Shown here in pieces: positions 1 to 9,617 of a DNA stretch of 64,000 nucleotides. This DNA is from a virus. The first letter of the stretch is position 1, and each line of letters starts with the position of its first letter. Location of the stretch: the IMG/VR virus record IMGVR_UViG_3300036767_000362. The stretch is one strand, 5' to 3'. A program made the translations under genes and the position numbers. A model generated the notes under the pieces. The model saw only the letters and a list, made by a program, of their open reading frames with translations, had not been told where the DNA came from and did not search any database.

Positions 1-949
1 TTAATTGTCTTTCTTCAATAGAACCTGATGTGTCTATTGCTACACAAATATCTATTGTTTTTTGATAGTCTGTTGCAGGTAAAATTATACCTGAATGCCA
101 AGCCTTTCTAGAAGGTCTAGCAAAAGTATAGTCGTTTCTTATAACACTTTGTATTTGTTGTTGTAATACTTGTTTCCAATCCATTTTAGGATTAGTAAAC
201 TGTTTAATCATTCTTTTAACTTCTTCAGGTAAATTATCTGGACCAGCCGCCTGTGCAGATTGCATTATACCTTCTTTAATTTCGTTTTTAATTTTTTCTT
301 GTTCGTCTTTGCTTATAATAGGTTGTTTACTTTTACCATTTTTATCTTTGTCTTTTTTACCTGCTCCACTTTCAGGACCTTTTTCCCAATCAATGTGATC
401 ATCTAATAGTTTTCCTAATTTGCTTATATCAATTTTTTTAGCATTTTTAAATAGTTCGTCATATACTTGTTCTGATGACCAACCGTCGTATTTGTGATCT
501 TGAAATATTTGAATGTCTTTAGGTTTTTCTCCTATTCCTTCTCTAACTAAAGTATTATTAACGAGATAGTCTGCCGCAATATTATAGAGCATTCTATTTC
601 TATTTTCGTTTCTTTGTAAGTGATTAAAAACACAATGAAGTATTTCGTGTCCTATTACAAATTCAATTTCTTTAGTGCTTAATTTGTGAAAAAATTCTGT
701 ATTATAATATAAATGTTTACCATCAGTAGCCGCCGTAGGACACCACTCATCACACTCTTGGATTTTTAATCTAGTAGCCATATTACCAAAGAAAGGATGT
801 CTTAATAGTAAACCAACTCTTGCTACAATAATTTTATCTAAAACTTCAGTTTTTATTTGTCTATACTCGTCGTCTGTACGTTTTATAACTGGTGGTTCTT
901 TAATTTTTTTAATTTTAGTTGTTGTTTTTATTTTAGTTTTTAACTGCAT
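1..949 (-). CDS. DUF2201-type metallopeptidase + vWA domain protein (3' end runs off window)
   Basis: Not in ORF track; hand translation from ATG at 949 (SD AAGGA): MQLKTK...HPFFGNMA...PTAATDG...GHEILH (HExxH)...NIAADYLVN...RPSRK...VAIDTSGSI (MIDAS). Directly downstream of a MoxR ATPase, the usual partner. Confidence 0.85.
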   Translation of the reverse strand, partial: MQLKTKIKTTTKIKKIKEPPVIKRTDDEYRQIKTEVLDKIIVARVGLLLRHPFFGNMATRLKIQECDEWCPTAATDGKHLYYNTEFFHKLSTKEIEFVIGHEILHCVFNHLQRNENRNRMLYNIAADYLVNNTLVREGIGEKPKDIQIFQDHKYDGWSSEQVYDELFKNAKKIDISKLGKLLDDHIDWEKGPESGAGKKDKDKNGKSKQPIISKDEQEKIKNEIKEGIMQSAQAAGPDNLPEEVKRMIKQFTNPKMDWKQVLQQQIQSVIRNDYTFARPSRKAWHSGIILPATDYQKTIDICVAIDTSGSIEERQL

Positions 950-963
950 AATTCCTTTTATGT

Positions 964-993
964 GTTATAGGGTACCCGAAAGCACCCTATAAC
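964..993 (-). other. Intergenic stem-loop with UUCG-type loop
   Basis: Minus strand GTTATAGGGT-GC-T(TTCG)G-GT-ACCCTATAAC, a perfect 10-bp stem extendable with G-U pairs. No U-tract follows, so it is more likely a stabilising/processing hairpin than an intrinsic terminator. Confidence 0.7.
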
Positions 994-1000
994 GAAAACA

Positions 1001-2119
1001 CTAGTCGGCGCTTTGAGCGGCGGTTATGTACTTGCCGTATTTTTCATGGAACTCATCGAAAACTTTGATAGCGTCTGGATCAAACGGTAACTGATATTGT
1101 GTAAGAGCTAATTTAATACCCATTACAACTAATTCAGTATCAAAATTGTCCATCATAAATCTAAGAAATTTTCCAACTTTGTCGTTAAACTTCTTATCTT
1201 TTTTATCGCAAGCCTCTTTAAGTTCATAACATAAAGAAACCGTTAGGGAGTACATTGCACTGATTTCTTTACTTTTCAACTTCTCTACTTTACCTTCTAA
1301 AATATCAGAAGGGTTAGGAAGTTGTGATGCCACCTTACGGTGAGCCATAAACTTAACTGCAAGTCCTTCGCCTACTGCACCGCTGACTAAATCAGTCACA
1401 GTGTTTTCATCTAAATCATCTGATAAGAGTTCACTTACAAATGACCAAGATCTCGGAGTAGCAAAAGACCTACTTGAAGATTTCGGTTCAAAGTCGTATA
1501 GGTCTTTTTTGCTAAAAGTCAAATAACCAATTACATCTTTATGGATGTTGTTGTCTACTGCCCATTCAAACCAATCATCAAAAACAGGTTTCATTTCTAA
1601 GTGAATGAATCTATTTGCTAATGGTGCCGGCATTCTATAAGTGATACCTTTATCTGCTTCTCTATTACCCGCCGCCACTATAACAACGTTTTCTGGTAAT
1701 TCGTAAGTACCTACTTTTCTATTCAATATTAATTGGTAAGCCGCCGCTTGAACACTTGGTGCCGCGGAATTCATTTCGTCTAAAAATAGAATAATGTTTT
1801 TATATTTTTTAGACATTTTTTGATCTGGTAATTCTGATGGAGATGCCCATTCCATAGATTTTGAATTACTATTAAAGTATGGTATACCTTTAATATCTGT
1901 TGGTTCCCATAAACTTAATCTTATATCAATAACATGAGCATTGATAGTTTTTGCAATCTGACGAACAACGTCTGATTTACCAATACCCGGACCGCCCCAT
2001 AAAAAGATTGGTCTTTTGATTTTTAAGGCGTGTAATATACTTGCCTTTGCTTTATTTGGTGATAATTGTCTAGTAGCTAAACTACTATCTGCTGATGTGT
2101 CTTTGCCTTTACGTGCCAT
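1001..2119 (-). CDS. MoxR-like AAA+ ATPase
   Basis: Walker A GGPGIGKS, Walker B LFLDE, AAGN, PAPLANRF, TPRSW motifs. Confidence 0.9.
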   Translation of the reverse strand: MARKGKDTSADSSLATRQLSPNKAKASILHALKIKRPIFLWGGPGIGKSDVVRQIAKTINAHVIDIRLSLWEPTDIKGIPYFNSNSKSMEWASPSELPDQKMSKKYKNIILFLDEMNSAAPSVQAAAYQLILNRKVGTYELPENVVIVAAGNREADKGITYRMPAPLANRFIHLEMKPVFDDWFEWAVDNNIHKDVIGYLTFSKKDLYDFEPKSSSRSFATPRSWSFVSELLSDDLDENTVTDLVSGAVGEGLAVKFMAHRKVASQLPNPSDILEGKVEKLKSKEISAMYSLTVSLCYELKEACDKKDKKFNDKVGKFLRFMMDNFDTELVVMGIKLALTQYQLPFDPDAIKVFDEFHEKYGKYITAAQSAD

Positions 2120-2154
2120 TATGTACTCCTTAAGTTACAATTGGTTTATTATTA

Positions 2155-2183
2155 ATAATAGCACCTTTTGGTAATTAAGTCAA
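2155..2183 (-). promoter_or_regulatory. Sigma70-type promoter
   Basis: TTGACT-N17-TATTAT upstream of the MoxR gene. Confidence 0.7.
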
Positions 2184-2213
2184 ATGAAAAGAAGCTTAAA
2201 TGACCCGCATAAA

Positions 2214-2807
2214 TCAATTGTTAATTACGACGTGAGTAACTAAATTACCCTTTTCGTAGGAATCTATAATAAATTTCACTGCATCAAACACTGCGTTGGG
2301 GGATAATATAGTGTTTTGTTCTTTACAAATTTCCCACATCATTGCGGTTTTCTCTACAACAGTAGGTTGTTCAAATAACATATCTATATTTGTGTCAACA
2401 AAACCTGGAGAAATTAAACTAGCTTTACATTTTCCACCACTACCGTTTACTTCTTGTGTTATTTTCTTTAATCTCATTTTTTCAATGTAGTAATTTTCGT
2501 TTGCTAGTTTATAATCAAACATTTCTAATTCAGTTACAATACTGCCAATAGAAATTGCTAGTTTAGGATGGTCTTTACTATATTTGCAAAATTGATATAA
2601 GAGTGCGTGTTGCTTATTAAAGAGATAAGCATTGTTAATTAAAACATCAAAACTAAGACATTTGTCTACAACTCTTTGAGTATCCTCAATACCGTTTCCT
2701 TCGTTTTTGTCTAGACCTATAACTTCATAATAAGGAGAAAATTTATCATATAAACATTTTCCTATTCCTGATAAATGTCCTGTAATTGCTATTCTGCGTA
2801 TTCTCAT
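2214..2807 (-). CDS. Short-chain dehydrogenase/reductase-like protein
   Basis: ITGHLSGIG Rossmann motif, DVLINNA, YxxxK (YYIEK), ISPGFVDT. Confidence 0.7.
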   Translation of the reverse strand: MRIRRIAITGHLSGIGKCLYDKFSPYYEVIGLDKNEGNGIEDTQRVVDKCLSFDVLINNAYLFNKQHALLYQFCKYSKDHPKLAISIGSIVTELEMFDYKLANENYYIEKMRLKKITQEVNGSGGKCKASLISPGFVDTNIDMLFEQPTVVEKTAMMWEICKEQNTILSPNAVFDAVKFIIDSYEKGNLVTHVVINN

Positions 2808-2838
2808 AGTATATGTTAATTTATTGAGAAGTTTTGGT

Positions 2839-3234
2839 TTATTCTTCGTTATTGAATTCTTGTCTAGTCATAGCTTTACTAATACCATATTTTCTTATAT
2901 CTCCAGAAAATAACATTAATTCCATAGCTTTCTTTTCATTAGTAACAATTATACCATCGTCAGCCAAAAAATATGGACAATTAATAAATCTATCTAAAAA
3001 AATTATGGTTTGAGTAGTAACACTAAAGTCTACTGGGAATGGAACTTCATATGTTTTTAAATCAAGTTTTTTTGTAATAAAATCTAAACCTTTATCAGTT
3101 AATCTTAAACCACCTACATCTTTTGATCTACTATTTTTCCACCACATAGGCAAATACTCTTTTAAAGTATTTGGATTAATACTAATATCTGCGTTTTTTA
3201 GGAAAATTTTTGTGTAGGTTTCTTTCCAGTTCAT
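2839..3234 (-). CDS. Hypothetical phage protein
   Basis: 131-aa ORF, ATGA-coupled to the upstream gene. Confidence 0.7.
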   Translation of the reverse strand: MNWKETYTKIFLKNADISINPNTLKEYLPMWWKNSRSKDVGGLRLTDKGLDFITKKLDLKTYEVPFPVDFSVTTQTIIFLDRFINCPYFLADDGIIVTNEKKAMELMLFSGDIRKYGISKAMTRQEFNNEE

Positions 3235-3521
3235 TGTTCGTTGACAGTTTCACCAGCAGTAAGTTTAACTACTGTGAATTCTTCAACGTTGAAAAGAGTA
3301 TTCAATTTTTTCGCCAAGTTAAAGGCGTGACCAGGATTAGAAAAACTAACTTTTTTGTATTTTGGTCCTGGATAGTTGTTAAGCATATTTGCTGATTTAA
3401 GGTTAAAAGGTTTGTTCTTATGAAACACAGCCCAGATGGCTTCCGCTTCAAGAATCTGCTCTGTTTTATAGCTTTTCTTGTCTACGTGTTCCAGTATAAT
3501 AGTAGGCTTCGGTCTACTCAT
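3231..3521 (-). CDS. Hypothetical phage protein
   Basis: 96-aa ORF preceded by a late-type promoter motif. Confidence 0.7.
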   Translation of the reverse strand: MSRPKPTIILEHVDKKSYKTEQILEAEAIWAVFHKNKPFNLKSANMLNNYPGPKYKKVSFSNPGHAFNLAKKLNTLFNVEEFTVVKLTAGETVNEQ

Positions 3522-3562
3522 AATTTTTCAAGGTACCCTCTTTATAGTTACACCCCATACTA

Positions 3563-3570
3563 TATTTATC
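3563..3570 (-). promoter_or_regulatory. T4-like late promoter motif (GATAAATA)
   Basis: NATAAATA in an intergenic gap, abutting the palindrome TCGTGAA-T-TTCACGA (3569-3583). Confidence 0.5.
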
Positions 3571-3641
3571 GTGAATTTCACGAAAGAGTGTTACAAAAGT
3601 ATTAAGTTAATGATTTCGAAACGCCGTTATAGATGCCTATA

Positions 3642-3878
3642 CTAAAGGCTTCCACCGTCAGCTTTTACACTGATAGTTTCTTCGGCTTTCGATTGTTTAG
3701 TTATGAGAGATTCGTAGTCACCGGCAAGTCTAGCCAGTACAATTGCTAAAGAATATGTTAAACTTTTGGCAGTTGCAGTATCAATTTTTACTTCTTTTTG
3801 TTGACCAATGTCCGCGGCTTTTACTCTTTGTATAAATTGTTGTATTGGTGCTGTATTAATAGGTTCATCTGTTCGCAT
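3642..3878 (-). CDS. Hypothetical phage protein
   Basis: 78-aa ORF in the operon. Confidence 0.65.
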   Translation of the reverse strand: MRTDEPINTAPIQQFIQRVKAADIGQQKEVKIDTATAKSLTYSLAIVLARLAGDYESLITKQSKAEETISVKADGGSL

Positions 3879-4350
3879 TTGCTAACTCCTGTTTCATTTC
3901 AAGTGTTGTTTTAAAAGGTCCTTTACTAGGATACCTTTCTAAAGTAATTAGTTTTGGGCAAAAACTTCGTACCCATCCTTTTTCAAATTTAATAATATAA
4001 TATCCAGCACTATATAAAGACTTAGATTTTTTGCTTTTTGTAAACAATGGTAATTTCTTTTTAACATCATATACCATATTACAAGGTTTAAACTTGCATG
4101 GAAAACTGTACACTAGGTGCTCTGTGGGCTCAATGTGTGGGCTTGAAATAGTACTGTTGCCCCACATCCATTCACCATCAAAATTGTTTCTTAATTGCGT
4201 TTCATTATCAAATATTTTAGTTCCTTCATCACAAGTATATAGGTATTTTCTATCCTCTTGTCTACATAATGTACCTACCTTGTGCCCTTGTTTTTCAACT
4301 ATCCAGAACCTGCTTTCTAGTATAGGTTTTGCAAAGAATCTTTCTGTCAT
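3865..4350 (-). CDS. Hypothetical phage protein
   Basis: 161-aa ORF coupled to the RNase H stop. Confidence 0.7.
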   Translation of the reverse strand: MTERFFAKPILESRFWIVEKQGHKVGTLCRQEDRKYLYTCDEGTKIFDNETQLRNNFDGEWMWGNSTISSPHIEPTEHLVYSFPCKFKPCNMVYDVKKKLPLFTKSKKSKSLYSAGYYIIKFEKGWVRSFCPKLITLERYPSKGPFKTTLEMKQELANANR

Positions 4351-5339
4351 GCTACTTCTTTCTCCTTATATTTTGCGTTTAAGGGCTCTGCGTAGCTTTG
4401 TGGGTATTCTGCAATACGTTGCATATCCCATTTAGCACAGAATTTAATAAGTTTTAACCCTACTTGTTCTATTGCTTTTGCTTTAACTGATGCTACAGTT
4501 TCTTTTATTACAGCTTTAATTTTGGGTGGTTGGGCATTTAAATCACATAGTATTACGTTTCTATTGTAATCATCTACAACTCTATGTTCTTTTCCGTCTT
4601 GATCTACCCATCTTTGGAGCATTAAGTTATTCCAATTATATCCTTTAGTTTTTCGATCTTCAAATGCATCAATTAAACCTACTTTCTTTTTAGTTCCTTT
4701 AGCTCTAACGCCAGGGTATGCTGAAAATACATTATCAGTAGGATCTCCTCTTACACATTTTTCAAACAACATTAATTTAGGGTTAGGTGCTTTTTTAGGA
4801 AATCCTGTTTTCTTATCTATTACAGGTTTCTTTTTATTATCAAAGTAACCTTCGTGTGTAATAGTAACTTCTTGTATTCCATTGTATTGTTTTACATTAG
4901 GTTTTATCAATTGTGCAAAGTCGCTGTCAGTTGATATTATAACGTGATTATCGTTTGGGTGTGCATTTACCCAACCTGCAATTAAATCATCTGCTTCTAA
5001 TTGTTCGTGTTGTATTATTGTACAATTTGTTTTTGTATCTATAAAGTCTTTGAAATGCGTAAATGTTTCCCAAAAAACTTCTTCTTCTTCTTTTTCTGAA
5101 ACAGTTAACGCCTCTCGAGCAGTTTTTCTATTCATTTTATATCTAGGATAAACATCTCTTCTCCAAGATTTTCCTTCTAAACAAAATACAACGTGGTCTC
5201 CTTTAAATTCTTGCCATACTCTTCTAATACTATTAAGAGTAATATGTAAAGCCATTCCTATTTTTTCATTTAGAGCTCCTTTAATAACGTGTCTGGCTCT
5301 AAAAAAAGTATTTGCAGTATCTACTATAATGTAATTCAT
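4347..5339 (-). CDS. rnh: T4-type RNase H / 5'-3' flap exonuclease
   Basis: IIVDTANTFFR, SWRRDVYPRYKMNR, EADDLIA, IISTDSDFAQL, GDPTDNV motifs of the PIN/5' nuclease fold. Confidence 0.9.
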   Translation of the reverse strand: MNYIIVDTANTFFRARHVIKGALNEKIGMALHITLNSIRRVWQEFKGDHVVFCLEGKSWRRDVYPRYKMNRKTAREALTVSEKEEEEVFWETFTHFKDFIDTKTNCTIIQHEQLEADDLIAGWVNAHPNDNHVIISTDSDFAQLIKPNVKQYNGIQEVTITHEGYFDNKKKPVIDKKTGFPKKAPNPKLMLFEKCVRGDPTDNVFSAYPGVRAKGTKKKVGLIDAFEDRKTKGYNWNNLMLQRWVDQDGKEHRVVDDYNRNVILCDLNAQPPKIKAVIKETVASVKAKAIEQVGLKLIKFCAKWDMQRIAEYPQSYAEPLNAKYKEKEVA

Positions 5340-5392
5340 GCGTTAAACTCTATTCCGTTAGAACGGGTGCATACTTTTGTGAATTTCTAACA

Positions 5393-5785
5393 TTAACTAA
5401 CCTCTGATTTATCATCATCCATTTTGTTGATATTAATATATCCCATACCAGTATCTGGATTTTGTCCTTGATCTTTTAAAATGTTTCTTGCAATATCTTT
5501 AAACCAAGCATCAACTATTTGTTCATTCTTTTCTCCTCTATAACCTGAATCTATTAATTGTTCAATAAATTCATTATTCCAATCTAATTCAAAAAAACCA
5601 TTTTTAATATTATCTTTATTAACTTGAGTATCTAATACTGCTACCCATGGTTTTCCTTCTTTAGTTGCTTTTGCTTTTTCTTCCATTAATGCTTTTCTTC
5701 TTGGATCTTTTTCAGTATAATCTGATGCAACATCTTTTGCTTTATTTGTTTTAAACATACCTTTCATTTTTTTCATTATATCCAT
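5393..5785 (-). CDS. Hypothetical phage protein
   Basis: 130-aa ORF with strong SD (GGAGG). Confidence 0.7.
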   Translation of the reverse strand: MDIMKKMKGMFKTNKAKDVASDYTEKDPRRKALMEEKAKATKEGKPWVAVLDTQVNKDNIKNGFFELDWNNEFIEQLIDSGYRGEKNEQIVDAWFKDIARNILKDQGQNPDTGMGYININKMDDDKSEVS

Positions 5786-5807
5786 GTGTTATTTTCCTCC
5801 TTCCTTT

Positions 5808-6671
5808 TTAAGTTCCCCATTGATTTCCGAAAATATCGACGTGCAATCTTGGACTATATCTCCATCCTTTTTGCATTGCGAGTTCGGTAACATTTTTTGC
5901 GTTTTGTTGATATTCTTCATAACAACCTCCCACGGCCATACAATAGACCGGAGCATCGATCCCTGCTTTTTTATAAATTCCCACAGCTTTTGAAACTTCG
6001 TCAACATCGATGCTGTCACAAACGACAAATTTGAAATACAAATAACTATTGGGTATATCATAATATCCTTTAGCAACATCGGGTTTAATAGCATCGTCCC
6101 AACTTTCACCGGAAACGGTAAGTTTGGGAGAGCACGAAAACGTAATATGAATTTTAGTTTGATTCGTTGCCCACTCCAATAACCTTTCTCTGATAGGTTG
6201 AGTAGTGTTTGTTTCAAATGTAACATTTTTTAAATCTTGCATTTTAGGGTGTTCAAATAAATCAACATAATGTCTTTGAAAACCTAAAAATGGTTCTCCT
6301 CCTGTTATAACAAGATGTACATCTTGTCCGTTATTGCAAGTCCACTTGCCTTCTGGCGTTAAAGATAACAACTTATCAACTAAATCATCAATAGTATAAT
6401 CTGTTGTGAACTTACTAAATCTTGCGTCCCATGATGCATAACTATCACAACCTTTATGTACCAAAGGCAAATCTTTTAATTCTTTATATCTATCATCCTC
6501 AGCGTCTACTTTTAAATAATCGTCTGCAAGTTCGCCTCTTGGCATACCAAATCCACGACATTTAAAATTACATCCAAACAATCGTAAAAATATACTAGGT
6601 ACACCTACAAATCTTCCTTCGCCTTGTACACTATAAAAAGCTTCAGTAACTCTTAATTTGTCTGCATCCAT
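5808..6671 (-). CDS. queE: 7-carboxy-7-deazaguanine synthase (radical SAM)
   Basis: EAFYSVQGEG, FLRLFGCNFKC with third Cys after an insertion (GCDS), VITGGEP, ETN, SPKL, RYSPRLHV. Confidence 0.92.
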   Translation of the reverse strand: MDADKLRVTEAFYSVQGEGRFVGVPSIFLRLFGCNFKCRGFGMPRGELADDYLKVDAEDDRYKELKDLPLVHKGCDSYASWDARFSKFTTDYTIDDLVDKLLSLTPEGKWTCNNGQDVHLVITGGEPFLGFQRHYVDLFEHPKMQDLKNVTFETNTTQPIRERLLEWATNQTKIHITFSCSPKLTVSGESWDDAIKPDVAKGYYDIPNSYLYFKFVVCDSIDVDEVSKAVGIYKKAGIDAPVYCMAVGGCYEEYQQNAKNVTELAMQKGWRYSPRLHVDIFGNQWGT

Positions 6672-6678
6672 TGTTCAC

Positions 6679-7356
6679 CTAAATGTTATGTCCTTTCATA
6701 CTAAAGCAGATATCATAAAATTCTTTTTTAAGTGGTGCATGAGTATCAAAAGCGCCTAACATAATTGCAGTAGTCATATCATTGTCAGATTCTTTTACAC
6801 CACGTTGTGTTAAACAATGGTGTTTTGCTTTAACTACTACTGCTACATTAGGTGTTTTAGCATATTTTCTTAATGCTTCAGAAATTTGTGTAGTCATTTC
6901 TTCTTGTATCTGTGGTCTTTCTGCAATATGATGTACGATCCTATTAAATTTGCTTAAACCTATAACTTCATCTTCAGGTAATACTCCTACCCAACAATTT
7001 CCTACAATGTTTTGAAAATGGTGAGCACAGGTTGATCTAACACTAATTGGACCACTAGTGTATAAACTTTTATATCCCATATTCGGAAATGATGTAATTT
7101 TAGGTAATGAATTATATCTACCTGAATATATTTCATTAACATACATTTTTGCAACACGTTTTGCAGTTTCTTTTGTGTTATGATCATTTTCAGTATCAAT
7201 TACTAATGCTTCTAAAACTTCTTCAAATGCTTCTTCTACTTCTGTTTCTAATTCTTTTAATTCACCTTTCTCCAAATACTTGGCGATATTGTCGTTTGCA
7301 TTAAAACGTACCTTTTTGTCTATTAATCTTTGTTTGATCTTTTCTGATGTTCTCAT
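6679..7356 (-). CDS. folE: GTP cyclohydrolase I
   Basis: TAKRVAKMY, STCAHH, GLSKFNRIV, RPQIQE, HHCLTQRGV. Confidence 0.95.
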   Translation of the reverse strand: MRTSEKIKQRLIDKKVRFNANDNIAKYLEKGELKELETEVEEAFEEVLEALVIDTENDHNTKETAKRVAKMYVNEIYSGRYNSLPKITSFPNMGYKSLYTSGPISVRSTCAHHFQNIVGNCWVGVLPEDEVIGLSKFNRIVHHIAERPQIQEEMTTQISEALRKYAKTPNVAVVVKAKHHCLTQRGVKESDNDMTTAIMLGAFDTHAPLKKEFYDICFSMKGHNI

Positions 7357-7362
7357 ATTGTT

Positions 7363-7391
7363 ACATTAACAGATTTGTCCAATTTTGTCAA
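7363..7391 (-). promoter_or_regulatory. Sigma70-type promoter, leaderless folE transcript candidate
   Basis: TTGACA-N17-TAATGT-N6-ATG(7356), no SD. Confidence 0.5.
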
Positions 7392-7974
7392 TAATTCTTT
7401 GATAGACAATCTGATTTCCTTCCTCCGTATAATGGTTAACTATTCCTCTATGCTTTATCCAAGTTTGGCAAAGATCTAATTTGTTTTTTTCGGTAGCATA
7501 ATCGGTACTAATACTAAAATGGTCCAAATGTAAAGAAGTAATTGGTATTGATTTTGTTATTTCATTTCGTATTAATTCGTAAATATCCTTTTGGTATTCG
7601 TCGTCATAAAAATGCTTAAACCAATTTTGGGCAGTTTTAAGTCTAGAATTGAAAATCGATGTTTTGTCCATAATGTCATTATAAATTAAATCACAATTTT
7701 TATGTAATCCTTTTTTATGTACTGGGTGTTTAGATGTATGAATTCTACTAGGACTAGTATGTGAAACAATTACTAATCCATATGTTTGAATCCAAAAAGC
7801 ATCTAACATAGATTTTTGTCTTAATTGTTTTAATATTTTGTATTCTCCTACGCCTGCTTCTGCTAAATTATCTACTTGAAATTGTTTACCTAGCAACGTT
7901 GGCCACCCATCATATTTAGGCTTATGCCAAGGGCAGGCAAAACTATTTCCTATTATTAAAATTTTTTTATCCAT
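7366..7974 (-). CDS. SGNH/GDSL-like hydrolase or acyltransferase
   Basis: IIGNSF block I, NLAEAG block II, C-terminal NHYTEEGN. Confidence 0.55.
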   Translation of the reverse strand: MDKKILIIGNSFACPWHKPKYDGWPTLLGKQFQVDNLAEAGVGEYKILKQLRQKSMLDAFWIQTYGLVIVSHTSPSRIHTSKHPVHKKGLHKNCDLIYNDIMDKTSIFNSRLKTAQNWFKHFYDDEYQKDIYELIRNEITKSIPITSLHLDHFSISTDYATEKNKLDLCQTWIKHRGIVNHYTEEGNQIVYQRIIDKIGQIC

Positions 7975-8771
7975 GGAATATAATTCTCCGCTATTGCTTT
8001 ATGGTATTCAGTGTTATAATGTTCTTCGTCATCTAAAAAATGTTTATTTGGATCTATATGTTTGCTTTTCATATAATCTTCTATACTTTGTGAAGCAATT
8101 GTTGTAGCTTTTAAATCTCCATAGTAATTAAAATCAACTGGATGTTTGGATCTTGATCTCATTACTGATAGATATAATTTTGCATTATTATCTGCACAAA
8201 TATTATCCATTGTATAAATGTCTTTATAAAAACTTCTATGTTCTATATGTGTGTTTAAATCATAAAATAATTTGCATTCCATAAACGTTTGCTTTCTTAA
8301 ATCAGGTTTTATTAATCCTTGTTCAGGTGAAAATTCAAAACCTACAAATTTATCATAGTCTTCTTTAATTGGTTTATTAAATAATTGTATAGAATCGTCA
8401 ACTATAATACCATCTGAATATATTTTCACTAATGGTTTTTCTTTTGCAAGTGTTGTAAAATGATCTACCTTTATAGTTTTTTCTAATAATGTTTTATTAA
8501 ATGCAATTACAAATCTATTAAATGCCGCCAAAAGTATGTGTACTTCATCTATGTCATTATGTTTTTTAAACATACTTTTAAGCCAATCAGGATATACCAT
8601 ATTAGCAGTACCCGCCACGCAATATACAATTACTTCTTTATCATTTAACGTAGCATACTGTTCAGCAAAACTATTATCATTATAAAGAGAATAACTTCCT
8701 GGTCCTGTTTTACCTGGGATTGTTTGATAACCAGCTAAATGACTATCTCCCATAAACAATGTTTTAGACAT
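7956..8771 (-). CDS. SGNH/GDSL-like protein
   Basis: FMGDSH block I, C-terminal DEEHYNTEYH; start re-assigned to MSKTLF (8771). Confidence 0.5.
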   Translation of the reverse strand: MSKTLFMGDSHLAGYQTIPGKTGPGSYSLYNDNSFAEQYATLNDKEVIVYCVAGTANMVYPDWLKSMFKKHNDIDEVHILLAAFNRFVIAFNKTLLEKTIKVDHFTTLAKEKPLVKIYSDGIIVDDSIQLFNKPIKEDYDKFVGFEFSPEQGLIKPDLRKQTFMECKLFYDLNTHIEHRSFYKDIYTMDNICADNNAKLYLSVMRSRSKHPVDFNYYGDLKATTIASQSIEDYMKSKHIDPNKHFLDDEEHYNTEYHKAIAENYIPWIKKF

Positions 8772-9150
8772 TTTTCTTTGTGTAATCTCCTTTTCCAACT
8801 ATAACATTTCTTATTCCGCCTTTGGGATTTTTAGTATCTCCTTTTTTACGAGGTATTAAATGTACGTGCGGATACATTACAGTTTGTCCGGCACTTTCTC
8901 CTACATTAATTCCAATATTATAACCGTCAATAACTCCTTTAGCAACATTGTCATTAGCAATTTTTAATGCTAAATCAAAACATTTTATTATATTGTTTTG
9001 TGTTGCTTCTTTAGGCACAATTAAAGAATGACCTTCTGTTACTGGGTACCCGTCATTGTACCATACTATATCTTTAAATTCATGAACGACATCTTTCCAA
9101 GGTGCTCTATCTTCCTCTTGGGCTTTGTCTAATGTGTCTGGTTTAATCAT
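8764..9150 (-). CDS. HIT family nucleotide hydrolase
   Basis: DGYPVTEGHSLIVPK, GYNIGINVGESAGQTVMYPHVHLIPR; start 9150 by ATGA coupling. Confidence 0.9.
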   Translation of the reverse strand: MIKPDTLDKAQEEDRAPWKDVVHEFKDIVWYNDGYPVTEGHSLIVPKEATQNNIIKCFDLALKIANDNVAKGVIDGYNIGINVGESAGQTVMYPHVHLIPRKKGDTKNPKGGIRNVIVGKGDYTKKNV

Positions 9151-9617
9151 TGCCACTCTTCCCAAGGAAACACAATCCATACTGGATTTTTTTCTTTATT
9201 AATTGTATATCCTTTAAAATGTAAACCTTGAAATTTGCTTGGTTCATTTTGTATAACACTTGCAAATTTTACATTATCAGGAGTACCAAAATTATCTTTA
9301 ATATAATTTAATGTTTCTCCTGTATCATTTATATCGTCTATAATTAATATTTTTTTTTGAAAAGCATGAGCTTTTTCTAAAACTGCTAAACTAGGTTTAC
9401 TTTTATGATCTCTGAGTCTAATGTCTAATGCTTCATGAGGTACATCTAAAGCATGACTAAGATAAATGCCTGGTACACAACCACCTCTATTAATTCCTAA
9501 AACAATATTAGGTTTCCAGTTAATACCTGACATTTCAGACAAAATCATATTAAGACTATGTCTTAACTGTATCATAGTAAAGTAACTTTTTTTAGTTTCT
9601 ATAGTTTTAAACATCAT
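9147..9617 (-). CDS. Type I purine phosphoribosyltransferase (Gpt-like)
   Basis: GINRGG, PRPP loop ILIIDDINDTGET, C-terminal WIVFPWE. Confidence 0.9.
   Translation of the reverse strand: MMFKTIETKKSYFTMIQLRHSLNMILSEMSGINWKPNIVLGINRGGCVPGIYLSHALDVPHEALDIRLRDHKSKPSLAVLEKAHAFQKKILIIDDINDTGETLNYIKDNFGTPDNVKFASVIQNEPSKFQGLHFKGYTINKEKNPVWIVFPWEEWQ

Noticed and set aside
964-993. Intrinsic terminator
   Set aside because: No U-tract on either strand; kept only as a hairpin.
5340-5392. Small alternative hairpins and an 11-codon ORF upstream of RNase H
   Set aside because: Stems of only 5-7 bp in AT-rich DNA; not distinguishable from chance without conservation data.
5789-6226. 145-aa alternate-frame ORF overlapping queE
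   Set aside because: Almost entirely inside a well-supported gene, with no motifs or SD; shadow ORF.
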